Positions 1-9,758 of a stretch of DNA of 64,000 bases are shown here, piece by piece. The notes beneath the pieces were generated by a model, which worked only from the letters and a program-made list of their open reading frames with translations, had not been told where the DNA came from and ran no database searches. How positions within the stretch are numbered: position 1 is the stretch's first letter; the number at the start of each line of letters is the position of its first letter. This DNA is from Halobacteriovoraceae bacterium (GTDB taxonomy: Bacteria > Bdellovibrionota > Bacteriovoracia > Bacteriovoracales > Bacteriovoracaceae), in assembly GCA_963719505.1 (NCBI GenBank), contig CAVRCF010000001.1, positions 928,001 through 992,000 on the forward strand, written 5' to 3'. Both the position numbers and the translations under genes were made by a program.

Positions 1-924
1 CTCACGCTATTATTAGTCTTTCAAAAAGACTCTACAGAGGACATAAACTTAATTGATAATATTGTGGATATCATAACACCCCAAACTCCCAAAAGACTTT
101 TTGAAAACAAGATAAACCTTCTTACTGACCTTATAAAAGAGCGGCAGGTATTGAAGTCTCAGTTGATCACCATAAATAATGAGCTGACGGAAACGATGGG
201 AAATGTTGAAGTGGAGCTTTTGAAAATAAAAAAAATCTACGAGAAAAAAGCGCCAAAAAGATTTAATGATTTAAAGGGAATTCAAGTTTTCAGCAAGTAT
301 TCAGCCGGCGAAAATATTGGTGGAGAGTTCTTCGATATATTTGTTGACGGTAATCAGGCTTTTGTTGTGATGAGTTCAACTTCATCCTATCTTGCCTCTA
401 GCATGATCCTGAAACTTTTCGCCGACTTTAAAGCTGAAGGTGTCATCGGTAAGAAAGAGGTTCAGGATTTTATAGAGGATACCAAATCGAATATAAACGA
501 GTTGAATACCACGAAAAAGAAAGAGATTGAAATCCATCTTTTTACTGGAATTGTGGATTTTAACAAACACTCTATTGAGGGAAATATATTTGGGGATTTT
601 AAAATACTCAGTTCAAAAGTGAAACAAAACCCAAGGGAATCTATCCCACTACTCTCTGGAGATTTTGTTGCAAGTGCTTTTGCGAAAGATTTTCAAAGAG
701 AGGAGAGAATACTTCTGTGTTCTCCAGGTTTTTTAAAAAATTGGAAAAAACTAAATCCAGAATTTATGATGGAAGAACTAATGATGGATAAAAAAATAAA
801 GCCTATTGATGTATTAGATGAAGCATTTTTTCAATTAAAGAAAGATGCAACAGGTCCTTTCTTGTCATATGATGCATCGGCAATCTTCATGGAGGTTAGA
901 AAAAATGCAATGGTCGAAGTTTAG
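1..924 (+). CDS. SpoIIE/PP2C-like phosphatase-domain protein with N-terminal coiled coil (5' truncated by window edge)
   Basis: Frame is open from base 1. YSAGENIGGEFFDIF resembles the SpoIIE GGDFYD motif; ILLCSPG and YDASAI correspond to the (degenerate) TDG and DD motifs. Confidence 0.65.
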   Translation, partial: LTLLLVFQKDSTEDINLIDNIVDIITPQTPKRLFENKINLLTDLIKERQVLKSQLITINNELTETMGNVEVELLKIKKIYEKKAPKRFNDLKGIQVFSKYSAGENIGGEFFDIFVDGNQAFVVMSSTSSYLASSMILKLFADFKAEGVIGKKEVQDFIEDTKSNINELNTTKKKEIEIHLFTGIVDFNKHSIEGNIFGDFKILSSKVKQNPRESIPLLSGDFVASAFAKDFQREERILLCSPGFLKNWKKLNPEFMMEELMMDKKIKPIDVLDEAFFQLKKDATGPFLSYDASAIFMEVRKNAMVEV

Positions 925-1612
925 TGTTTTACTATTATTACTTTTCAGCCTTTCTGCTTTAGGACAGGAGCGGTTCACATCTGTTCAATGTTTAAACTCA
1001 AACTTTGAAACTTCAGTCAAAAATGAAGGGAAGTTCTTTGGACTAGTGAAAAATGACTTACTCATCAAAAAAGAAAAGTGCTTGGTTGAGGTTACATTCA
1101 AAGGAATTTTGGAGACTGTATGGGTTGTTGATATTTGTCGAGAGCCGATCCATATGAAGGTGAAAAGCAAAGGCAGCCAAAGTGTTTATAAAAGAAAAGC
1201 CATGTGCAATAAAGAAGATAAGTCAGATTACTGCTATTTTAGAGATGAATTAATTTTAAATCTTCAAGATCAGGGGCTTATTTTTGCAAAAGGGCTAAAA
1301 GAGAATCTCTCCGATGCTCATGGACAAGTTTACTGCTCTTATTTGTTGCTAAAAAAGTACTTGGATGAAGGCCATCTTTTTTCTCAGTACGATAAAGAAG
1401 TGGATCTTTATAAAAAGGGAAATGATAAAGGTTGCGAGGTTGTGAAGGATTCTAAACCAGAGTACTCAACTCAGGAGCCGGTCAAAGGATCCCTTCGAGA
1501 TCAATTAGATGACAAAAAGCGAAAGAAAAAGTCAGATTTAGACAAAAGTGTAGAAAACTACACAATTCCCGAGACAAAAGGTGATATAAAGAAAGATGAG
1601 CCTCGGTTCTAA
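905..1612 (+). CDS. Secreted hypothetical protein (Cys-containing, charged C-terminal tail)
   Basis: ATG at 905 gives signal peptide MQWSKFSVLLLLLFSLSALG; overlaps the upstream gene end. Confidence 0.7.
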   Translation: MQWSKFSVLLLLLFSLSALGQERFTSVQCLNSNFETSVKNEGKFFGLVKNDLLIKKEKCLVEVTFKGILETVWVVDICREPIHMKVKSKGSQSVYKRKAMCNKEDKSDYCYFRDELILNLQDQGLIFAKGLKENLSDAHGQVYCSYLLLKKYLDEGHLFSQYDKEVDLYKKGNDKGCEVVKDSKPEYSTQEPVKGSLRDQLDDKKRKKKSDLDKSVENYTIPETKGDIKKDEPRF

Positions 1613-1664
1613 TTAATGTCTAACTTTTTGGCGTTGATAAAACACCATAACTGTCGATAATAGG

Positions 1665-1952
1665 TTGATGATGATTAAACATTTTGTCACATTCTTCGTT
1701 GTTGCTTCGCTTTTTTTGTGGATGCCAACTGTTACTGTGAAGAAGGACCTTCGTGGGATGGCAAACACAATCGTCGAAATTGTAGAATTGGTTGAAGAGT
1801 ACCAAGGTAATTCAGATCTTGATGAGAAAATCGTTCTCGATTACTCTGATGAAGTTAGCATAGAAAAATTTTGTGATTACAAAGAAGATATCAAATTTAT
1901 ATCGTCTCAGACGGCCTTTGAGGTCTTCACACCACCTCCAGACAAAGCCTAA
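1665..1952 (+). CDS. Small hypothetical membrane-anchored protein
   Basis: 95 aa ORF with N-terminal hydrophobic stretch, same strand as neighbours. Confidence 0.55.
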   Translation: MMMIKHFVTFFVVASLFLWMPTVTVKKDLRGMANTIVEIVELVEEYQGNSDLDEKIVLDYSDEVSIEKFCDYKEDIKFISSQTAFEVFTPPPDKA

Positions 1953-2060
1953 AAACATTTTCAAACTGTTACTTTCAGTTCTTTAATAAGCGATTTGAAA
2001 ATAATTTCAATTGATTAAGTTTATACATTTACTAATAACTAATTTACCCAAGGAGTCGAA

Positions 2061-2645
2061 ATGACAGCTAACAAAGGTTACAACAACTACAAAACGAAAA
2101 CTCTTGCGTCCATCAAGGATTCAATCAATGGTATCAGTGCTGGTCAAAGTCCTGAAACTCTTTTTATTACGTGTTCAGACTCGAGAATCATGCCTAATCA
2201 ACTTACAGACACAAAACATGGAGAGCTTTTCGTTATTAGAAATGCTGGGAACTCTGTTCCATCTCAAAGAGAAGTAGAAGGAAGAGGGGACTCTGATGCT
2301 GCGACTGTTGAGTATGCTGTCAAAGCTCTTGGGGTAAAAGAAATTGTCGTGTGTGGACATAGTAACTGTGGGGCCATGGGAGCTTTATGCTCTGGAGTTG
2401 ACGCTTCATTGGTTAATATCAATACATACTTAAAAAGACTTGATCCTCTAAAGGCGACGTTTACTGAAAAGACAACTGTTGAAGAAGCTATTAACGAAAA
2501 TATCAAATATCAACTAAACAATCTTATGACATATGATTTCGTCAAAGAGGCAGTAGAGGCAGGTAAGTTATCTCTCTTGGGATGGATGTATAACCTCGAT
2601 AGTGGAGAAGCAGAAGAGATTCATTCAATCTCGAATAATAATTAG
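2061..2645 (+). CDS. Beta-class carbonic anhydrase
   Basis: CSDSR and HSNCG zinc-ligand motifs, GELFVIRNAGN; SD AGGAG upstream. Confidence 0.95.
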   Translation: MTANKGYNNYKTKTLASIKDSINGISAGQSPETLFITCSDSRIMPNQLTDTKHGELFVIRNAGNSVPSQREVEGRGDSDAATVEYAVKALGVKEIVVCGHSNCGAMGALCSGVDASLVNINTYLKRLDPLKATFTEKTTVEEAINENIKYQLNNLMTYDFVKEAVEAGKLSLLGWMYNLDSGEAEEIHSISNNN

Positions 2646-2730
2646 AAATTTAATGATTGAGATAAAAAGCTATCTTGTTTTACGGATAGCTTAATTTAGT
2701 CTTTGATTATTCTCATTCACTTGTTAAGTC

Positions 2731-2767
2731 AGCGCTTCCTGTTCTATAAAGGAGGCGCTTTTTTTTT
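2731..2767 (+). terminator. Rho-independent terminator
   Basis: AGCGCTTCCT...AGGAGGCGCT stem followed by a T-run. Confidence 0.75.
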
Positions 2768-2942
2768 CGTTTAAACAACTTCATTTTTTTATTGTCAGTT
2801 GAACTGTTGAGAAAGTAAGTTTTTTTAGATTGAGTTGATAGACTATTAAAATATGTCGCCTTAAACAAAGTCTTTTTGATTCAACTTGTCTATTTCGGTC
2901 AAAAGCTTATTTCGAAATTTTTCTTTCAGTAGTAACTATTCT

Positions 2943-3761
2943 TCACTCCAATCGACTGAAAATACTAAAAATTCCAAGACCAACTGTCAATAAGAAGACT
3001 AGCCCTAAGCACACCTGATAAAGATTGAGAACGGACCTGTGCTCATCGGTTTTACTCGTTAGAGAAAGCAATAGAAAAAAGAGGGACGACATAAATGGAA
3101 AGAGAAATGCATAGTGGCCGTTTGCAAGGAAAATGACTTGGGCAAAAACTCCACCAGTAATAAAGCTGAGTAAGATATTTATACGCATTTTTAAGTCTTT
3201 AAATTCTTTTGCTTGTCTCTTTTTATCTCTTACAAAGAAAAGGTAAAGATTTGTCCCTACATCAGTGGAAAGTCCTGTCATATGAGTAGGTTTTAAGAAT
3301 CCTCCTGTTGCGAGGGAAGATGAAGAGTTTTGAATACCACAGCAGAAAGAGAGGAGAAAAAGCATAAAGGTGTGGGAAAGTTTAATATACGTCTCTGAGT
3401 TCGTGATTAGATCAAGCTCTGATAGGGTTAGTACTATCCCGAAAAAAATAAACTTAACGAACATAACTAAAGAGAAATTTGTATTCTCTCCTTTTTCTTC
3501 TTTGTGTTTTATATGAAAACCTGAGAATCCAGCGCCAAGAATAAAAGACAAAAGTATAATAGTAAATGTAATGAAAATTTTAGGGTCTAATTCCGCCACA
3601 CCCATACCGATCATTGTGGAAGTTCCGGTGACATGTGATACAAAATACCCAGCTGAAATATTAAAAGCGGCAGCATTTATATATCCAGCCTGAAAAGGAG
3701 CCAACAAATACAAAAAATGGATATAGCTTTCACTGTATGCAGTTCTATCTAATTTAATCAT
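2943..3761 (-). CDS. YoaK/DUF1275 family membrane protein
   Basis: AGYINA, FVSHVTG, GIQN and PTHMTGLSTD motifs; multiple TM segments. Confidence 0.85.
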   Translation of the reverse strand: MIKLDRTAYSESYIHFLYLLAPFQAGYINAAAFNISAGYFVSHVTGTSTMIGMGVAELDPKIFITFTIILLSFILGAGFSGFHIKHKEEKGENTNFSLVMFVKFIFFGIVLTLSELDLITNSETYIKLSHTFMLFLLSFCCGIQNSSSSLATGGFLKPTHMTGLSTDVGTNLYLFFVRDKKRQAKEFKDLKMRINILLSFITGGVFAQVIFLANGHYAFLFPFMSSLFFLLLSLTSKTDEHRSVLNLYQVCLGLVFLLTVGLGIFSIFSRLE

Positions 3762-4241
3762 TTAGAGACCTCTTAATTTTACTACTTTCTTTGGAAAATA
3801 ACTTATTTTACATCTAAATAATTATATTGTCACATGAGGAAACTATGAAAACTAATAATTGTCTAATGGATAAAAGAGTTTAAGCCATGAAGCAGATTGT
3901 CAGAGGGGGCAAAAATATTAGGTCTGAAGAGATTTTTATAATTTAAGTCAAGGTGCTATATGTGCTTGATTTTAAATTTTGTAAGTGTTTTGATTTATGA
4001 TATTCATCAAAGAGAAATAAACAATTGATAACGTGGAAATTTGTTAGTAACGAGTAGCATTTTTTATATTCTCTCAGTTGGATTGAGTTGAGCTTTGTCC
4101 AACTGAGAGCTGCTCACAAATTGAAGTGGACAAAGCTCAAAAGTCATAAAAATCTAAAATTATAGGTTGGAGTATAATGTCTTTATTACTTATCCCACAA
4201 TAAAAAATCTTTAACTTCATCAATGTGATGGAGCCAAGCTT

Positions 4242-5375
4242 TTAAAAGGCTTTTTCTAAGTCTTCGATTAAATCTTCAACATCTTCAATCCCAACGCTTA
4301 GCCTAATGAGATTATCGTGTATCCCAATTTCTTCTCGAATATTCTTTGGTACTGATGCATGAGTCATAATTGCAGGGTGCTCAATGAGAGATTCCACGCC
4401 GCCTAAACTTTCGGCAAGAGCAAAAAGTGAGACCTTTTCTAAAAATCTTTTTGATTCTTTGAGGCCACCTTTTAAAAAGAACGTAATCATTCCACCAAAA
4501 CCACTCATCTGCTTTTTTGCAATGTTGTGTTGAGGGTGGGATTTAAGACCGGGGTAGATGACTGACTCAACCTTTGGGTGGGCCTCTAGATACTTGGCAA
4601 TTTTAATAGCATTCTTTTGATGAGCTTCCATTCTGATCGCAAGAGTCTTTATCCCTCTAAGAACAAGCCACGAGTCAAAAGGGGATTGGCTTGGACCAAT
4701 TGAGTTTTGAAGGGTCAACACCTTATCAAAGAAAGGCTTACTATTTGTCATTAAGGCGCCGCCGACAACATCGGAATGACCATTTATATATTTTGTCAAA
4801 GAGTGAACCACGACATCAGCTCCTAGCTCCAAAGGCTTTTGAAAGTAGGGAGACATAAAAGTATTATCGACGAATGTTTGAACTTTATAAGCTTTGGCCA
4901 AGTCACAAACTTTTGTTATATCCGTTATTTTCAACATGGGATTGGTCGGAGTTTCAAGCCAAATAATCGAGGGCTTGAATTCTTTCATTTGCTTTTCGAC
5001 GAGTTTTAAATCCGTTGTATCAATAAACTTTATATCGTGAATCTCATTAAAGACTGTGGTGAATAGTCTATAGGTTCCACCATAAACATCATCACCACAA
5101 AGCACGCGAGATCCCTTAGGGAGAGAATGCATGATAAGAGTCATGCAAGAGAGTCCAGAAGCCGTAACAAGGCAATGCTTAGCGCTTTCAAGGCTTGCTA
5201 AGTTTGTTTGAAGCCTCGTTCTGGTGGGATTATGGCTTCTTGTGTACTCGTACCCATTATGTTTTCCAGGACTTTTTTGCACATATGTTGAAGTTTGAAA
5301 GATCGGAGGCATTATTGCCCCTGTCTCCTTGTCGGGTTCACCACCAACATGAATAACTTTCGTTGAAAATTTCAT
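4242..5375 (-). CDS. Cystathionine gamma-lyase/synthase (PLP-dependent transsulfuration enzyme)
   Basis: YTRSHNPTR, ETPTNP, HSLTKYINGHSD (PLP lysine) and LAESLGGVESL motifs. Confidence 0.93.
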   Translation of the reverse strand: MKFSTKVIHVGGEPDKETGAIMPPIFQTSTYVQKSPGKHNGYEYTRSHNPTRTRLQTNLASLESAKHCLVTASGLSCMTLIMHSLPKGSRVLCGDDVYGGTYRLFTTVFNEIHDIKFIDTTDLKLVEKQMKEFKPSIIWLETPTNPMLKITDITKVCDLAKAYKVQTFVDNTFMSPYFQKPLELGADVVVHSLTKYINGHSDVVGGALMTNSKPFFDKVLTLQNSIGPSQSPFDSWLVLRGIKTLAIRMEAHQKNAIKIAKYLEAHPKVESVIYPGLKSHPQHNIAKKQMSGFGGMITFFLKGGLKESKRFLEKVSLFALAESLGGVESLIEHPAIMTHASVPKNIREEIGIHDNLIRLSVGIEDVEDLIEDLEKAF

Positions 5376-5389
5376 TTTCTCTATTTTTT

Positions 5390-6433
5390 TTATATGAGCT
5401 TCCCGTTATCACCAATGATATCTAAGATTTTGCTATCAAGATCATCTTTACTTGTTTCTAAAGTATAACCTTTCTCTCTCATCCAATCATCGTTAAAGAC
5501 TTTCCCAGCATATTTACTTCCGTGATCGTGAAGAAGAACAAGAATTCTCTCTGGCTTTTCAAGCTTTTCAGCATATCTAATTGCGGCCATTACAGCAGCT
5601 CCAGCTGATCCACCAGTATAGATACATTCCTCTTTAAGGAGCTTTCTAGTAAAGTGAAAAGATTCTTCATCTTCGACCATAAGAAATTGATCAATGACTT
5701 CCATTCTGACGTTTTTGGGAATGAAATCTTCTCCAATTCCCTCAAGGGCATAAGAGTGGGCTTCTCCCATTTTTCCCGTTTCATGATACTCTTTGAGAAT
5801 AGAGCCTTTACAGTCAACGCCAATGATCTTAACGTTCTCCATTTTTTCTTTTAAAAATTTACCAACTCCTGAAAGAGTTCCACCCGTACCAACGGGTGCG
5901 ATAAAAGTGTCAAACTGACCGCCCGTTTGATTATAGATTTCAGGACCTGTTTGTTGATAGTGACATTCTCTATTTGATTCATTGTCGTATTGATTGACGA
6001 AATAAGAATTGGGAAGCTTTGCCAGGCTTGCCGCAACTGAATAATAAGATCTTGGATCTTTTGGCTCAACATTTGTCGGGCACACGATAACCTTTGCACC
6101 ATAAGCTCTTAAAGCATCAATCTTTTCTTTAGACTGCTTGTCGGCCATAACAAAAACACACTTGTATCCATGCATATTTGCATAGAGAAGAATACCAATT
6201 CCAGTATTGCCTGATGTACATTCAACGATGGTTCCACCTGGTTTAAGATCACCTCTTTCAACAGCTTTCTCAATCATAAAAACACCCATGCGATCTTTTG
6301 TTGAGCCACCTGGGTTTAGCATTTCTAATTTTACATAAATTTCAGAATCTATATGTTTCGCTACATTTTGCAGACGAATTATTGGAGTGTTCCCAATTGC
6401 GCTGATGATGTTTGTGTTTTTAAACTTATCCAT
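5390..6433 (-). CDS. Cystathionine beta-synthase / cysteine synthase family PLP enzyme
   Basis: IGNTP, KLEMLNPGGSTKDR, TSGNTG and GTGGT motifs; adjacent to the gamma-lyase. Confidence 0.92.
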   Translation of the reverse strand: MDKFKNTNIISAIGNTPIIRLQNVAKHIDSEIYVKLEMLNPGGSTKDRMGVFMIEKAVERGDLKPGGTIVECTSGNTGIGILLYANMHGYKCVFVMADKQSKEKIDALRAYGAKVIVCPTNVEPKDPRSYYSVAASLAKLPNSYFVNQYDNESNRECHYQQTGPEIYNQTGGQFDTFIAPVGTGGTLSGVGKFLKEKMENVKIIGVDCKGSILKEYHETGKMGEAHSYALEGIGEDFIPKNVRMEVIDQFLMVEDEESFHFTRKLLKEECIYTGGSAGAAVMAAIRYAEKLEKPERILVLLHDHGSKYAGKVFNDDWMREKGYTLETSKDDLDSKILDIIGDNGKLI

Positions 6434-6448
6434 TTTTTCCCCTTATCA

Positions 6449-7513
6449 TTAATTTAAATTTTCTTGTGTTTTTATTTTCCAAAGTTGTATGAGTTCAACG
6501 ACCTGCTCAGCGGCTGAAATTTTTATGATTTCTGGAAACTCTATCATATGTTTAAAATGTTTTTTTAGATCACTTTTTAAATTGTTTTCACGCTTCAAAA
6601 AGTCTTCTTTTAATGCATATTCTAAACTTTCACCGGGAGCGACTTCCCATTCATCGAGTCTTTTTTGAAGACATTTATTTAAAACGACATAGCTTTTATC
6701 ATTAAGAAAGTCTTTTGCACTTGAACTAAGGCTAAGAGCTTCTTTAATTTTATTTTGATCCACACTTGTAACAAGAAACCAGTTGGCTTGTTCAGGGTCT
6801 TTTAAGTCTTCTTGGAGTTTCAAAGCAGAGATGAAGACATCTTTTGTTTCATATATTGCACCGATGGCCTTCATGAAATCTTCAATGAATTTTCCACCAG
6901 TTACTTTTTGAAGGTATCCTAAAAGTTTTTTTACTCCGCTTGAGACGACCATTGTAAAGATTTTTTTCCCAGCCTTCATCTTTTGTTTTTCACCGTCACC
7001 AATATAGTTGAAGATATCGATAAAGCTTTGGTCAAAAAATGTTTGAATCTTAGAAGTACTTTCAAGAAAGTCTAGAAAGTGACTCCCCGGAGGAGTATCT
7101 AAAACAATGGTTTGGTAGATATCTTTATCAAGGTTTAGCTGAAGTTCAACAATGGAGAATATCTCATTGAGCCCACCATAAGGTTTGCTTAAAATCGATA
7201 AGATTCTATTATTTAAAACCGTCGGAGATCCTGTTTTATCAGATATTTTTTTTAAGGTTTTTGCTGGGTTCATTAGGAGGGCATCAAGACTTATCTCTTG
7301 GCCTTGGCCTAAAGGATTATTGATGGTCGTAACTTCTCCCGCCTCTTCGTCTTTTAAGCCCAAAAGATCTTTTAAACGCTTGGCTGGATCAATCGTAATA
7401 AGGAGAACCTTTCTTCCCTCGGAGGCTAATTGAATCGCTCGACTTGTAGCCATTGTAGTCTTTCCAACTCCACCGGTACCGCTGAATATTTCAAATTTTT
7501 TAATCAGATTCAT
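6449..7513 (-). CDS. ArsA/Get3 family ATPase (subunit 2)
   Basis: GTGGVGKTT P-loop, TIDPA switch I, LDTPP switch II. Confidence 0.88.
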   Translation of the reverse strand: MNLIKKFEIFSGTGGVGKTTMATSRAIQLASEGRKVLLITIDPAKRLKDLLGLKDEEAGEVTTINNPLGQGQEISLDALLMNPAKTLKKISDKTGSPTVLNNRILSILSKPYGGLNEIFSIVELQLNLDKDIYQTIVLDTPPGSHFLDFLESTSKIQTFFDQSFIDIFNYIGDGEKQKMKAGKKIFTMVVSSGVKKLLGYLQKVTGGKFIEDFMKAIGAIYETKDVFISALKLQEDLKDPEQANWFLVTSVDQNKIKEALSLSSSAKDFLNDKSYVVLNKCLQKRLDEWEVAPGESLEYALKEDFLKRENNLKSDLKKHFKHMIEFPEIIKISAAEQVVELIQLWKIKTQENLN

Positions 7514-7521
7514 TGGGAATC

Positions 7522-8361
7522 TTATACTAAATTTTTCATTGAAGGTACAATGGAGTTTATAAGGCTTTGGCTTGTGGATTCAATAGAGTGGGCTATTGTT
7601 ATATCAATTTGTTTTTCGTGCTTTTTACAGAGCTCTTTTTCATTTTCAATTTTTTCTCGTAAAAAATCGGGGAGGGCTGCCCCCTCTATGTTATTGATAT
7701 CTTTATAGGTATTATTAACAATTAAGCTTGTCTCTATTTTTTGTATGGCTTGAAGCTTCGCTTCAAGCTCTATGCTTTCATTGATGGCCATTTGTGCGGG
7801 AAGAGCAACGATGTTTAGCTTCATGAAATTTTCTTTGTAGAGAAGGTCGATCATCTTTTTGGTATCTTCGAAAACGATACCAGCTTGGAAGATATCTCTG
7901 AAGTTATGCGTAGCTTCTAGCATCGTGAGAGCATGTCCAGAAGAGGGGGAGTCAAGCACGATAATCAGTGACGGGTCTTCATTAAGGAGCTCTAAAATTT
8001 GCCCGAGATAAATCAGATAATTGAATCCTGGAATCATATTAATTAAAGCTTTAAAGAATGGAGTTTTAATCACCCATTTCCCAAGTGTCTGGGACTTGAG
8101 CTTTTTGCCAATATAAATCTCTGCACTTTGGTTTAAGTTCAGAGGTAAGCAATCAATTCCAAGGCTTTGAGCCTCGTCTACAATAGCTTCCGATCGGGTG
8201 GGAGTATCACCAATTGAACTTGTTTGAAAGTAGGCGTATTTTGCTTTTTTATTTTGATCGCTTAGGTGTTTTACGAAAGCAAGAGATAGAGTTGTCTTAC
8301 CAACTCCACCTTTACCTGTAAAAATATAGAATCTTTTTAATTGGTTCAAGTCTTCAAACAA
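7522..8361 (-). CDS. ArsA/Get3 family ATPase (subunit 1)
   Basis: GKGGVGKTT P-loop, LDSPSSGHAL; TTG start abutting the upstream stop. Confidence 0.85.
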   Translation of the reverse strand: MFEDLNQLKRFYIFTGKGGVGKTTLSLAFVKHLSDQNKKAKYAYFQTSSIGDTPTRSEAIVDEAQSLGIDCLPLNLNQSAEIYIGKKLKSQTLGKWVIKTPFFKALINMIPGFNYLIYLGQILELLNEDPSLIIVLDSPSSGHALTMLEATHNFRDIFQAGIVFEDTKKMIDLLYKENFMKLNIVALPAQMAINESIELEAKLQAIQKIETSLIVNNTYKDINNIEGAALPDFLREKIENEKELCKKHEKQIDITIAHSIESTSQSLINSIVPSMKNLV

Positions 8362-8949
8362 TTAGATTTGGTACATTGCTGTAAGCAATAGCTTAAAGTA
8401 TGAGCCTCTGATGTCATCAGTTTCTTCTTGTTTAATTTCAAAAGGCTTGTGGTACTGAGTCATGATTCCAATGATAACTTTATCATTAAGTCTCAAGTCC
8501 ATTCCGGCACCCAGATTAAACCCAAATGTGTTTTTCATATCAGATTTTTCGTCATCCTCTTTATCTTCTATTTGAGGAGCATAAAAACCAAGTCCACCTA
8601 AAATGAAGGGACTAAAAGCATCAAACTCATAAGAGCGAGCTTTAATACTCATAACATAACCAGTTAAATTCACCTTTTTCTCTTTATATTCGTGAGTTGA
8701 ATAGTGAATATTAACTAACACATCAAAAGAATAGCTGGCAGTATAGCTATAAAGGAAATCTCCAGTGATCTGATCGGCACCGTAGTTTTCAAATTGTCCC
8801 AAAAGAAAAGTTTGACCAAGGCCAATTCCTATAGCGTGTTTGTGAATTTCACGTTCAACGCTTGTCTCTTCTTTGGCAAATGAGTTTGTACTTAAAACAA
8901 AAAAACTCATGATCAAAAGGACCATGAGTTTTGAGATATGATTAAACAT
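8362..8949 (-). CDS. Outer-membrane beta-barrel protein (OmpA/OmpW-like 8-strand)
   Basis: Signal peptide; alternating hydrophobic strands (PFILGGLGFY, FGFNLGAGMD); aromatic C-terminus. Confidence 0.75.
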   Translation of the reverse strand: MFNHISKLMVLLIMSFFVLSTNSFAKEETSVEREIHKHAIGIGLGQTFLLGQFENYGADQITGDFLYSYTASYSFDVLVNIHYSTHEYKEKKVNLTGYVMSIKARSYEFDAFSPFILGGLGFYAPQIEDKEDDEKSDMKNTFGFNLGAGMDLRLNDKVIIGIMTQYHKPFEIKQEETDDIRGSYFKLLLTAMYQI

Positions 8950-8972
8950 ATATTATTTCTCTTTTTTTATTA

Positions 8973-9383
8973 TTAGTTAAGAGTTGTAGGAGTTTCCATG
9001 TTGTTCATGTTGTTTGTGTTGTTCATGAAAACAGGAGCCATTTCTTCAACTGGCTTTTTCTCTTCAACGATTGCTTTAGGGAAGTCTAGACCCATTTCAG
9101 CTTCAAGACCTCTGATATAACCAGTAAGAGTTCCTTCTTCAGATCTAATAACTCTTTTAAGAAGTTCAGTGTCACCAGCTTTAAGTGACTTTCTTTCTTG
9201 GTCAGCTAGTAATTGAAGTTGAGTCGTATAAGTAATATCGTTTTTAGTTTTATTATCGATAACTTGGATTTCATTTCCTTCTCTAACGATTTGAGAAATC
9301 TCTTCTAAAGTTACGTAGCAAGATTGGAAAGTGTCATAAAGCTTTCTGTTTTGGTATCTTTTGATGATTCTAACGTCTTTCAT
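8973..9383 (-). CDS. PHA synthesis regulator (PhaR-like) DNA-binding domain protein
   Basis: IIKRYQNRKLYDT...YVTLEEI...IQVIDNKTKNDIT is the PhaR N-terminal domain signature. Confidence 0.88.
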   Translation of the reverse strand: MKDVRIIKRYQNRKLYDTFQSCYVTLEEISQIVREGNEIQVIDNKTKNDITYTTQLQLLADQERKSLKAGDTELLKRVIRSEEGTLTGYIRGLEAEMGLDFPKAIVEEKKPVEEMAPVFMNNTNNMNNMETPTTLN

Positions 9384-9680
9384 TTTAGTTATCCCCTATT
9401 TTATTTTTCCCTTAAGTTAGTTCCTTAAGGCAGTTTACGTTAATATTTTATAAGGCCAGTTAGCTATAAATAAGAATTATCTATAAATAACGCTAGCGCT
9501 AATAATCTTGAGTGAACATGTAGTACACGAAGATACCGAGGGAAGTCAACCCACTAAGTCAAATAAACGTCAATTTTTTGAAACTTTAACGCAAATAAGT
9601 ATTTTTTATACGGTGCATAGTGTTGTTTTTACATGCCAATAGGCAAATATGACCGTTTAGAGCCGATTCAAGCACTTTTC

Positions 9681-9707
9681 TAAAATCAGCTCCTGGTCAG
9701 CCGATAA
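9681..9707 (+). promoter_or_regulatory. Sigma28 (FliA)-type promoter
   Basis: TAAA-N15-GCCGATAA, exact consensus, upstream of the TPR gene. Confidence 0.75.
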
Positions 9708-9758
9708 GAGGATGTAGGCCTCTTTATGGTGAGGGGTAGAATTTTTAGGGATTATTTC

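Noticed and set aside
3845-3883. 12-codon ORF MKTNNCLMDKRV with GAGGA upstream as a leader peptide
   Set aside because: Too short to support, and no same-strand downstream gene for it to regulate.
3900-3960. Possible c-di-GMP-I riboswitch (GGCAAA...)
   Set aside because: Lacks the GNRA-capped P2 stem and the GACGCAAAG core.
6449-8361. Arsenic resistance operon
   Set aside because: No arsB/acr3/arsC/arsR/arsD neighbours; the pair resembles Get3-like ATPases.
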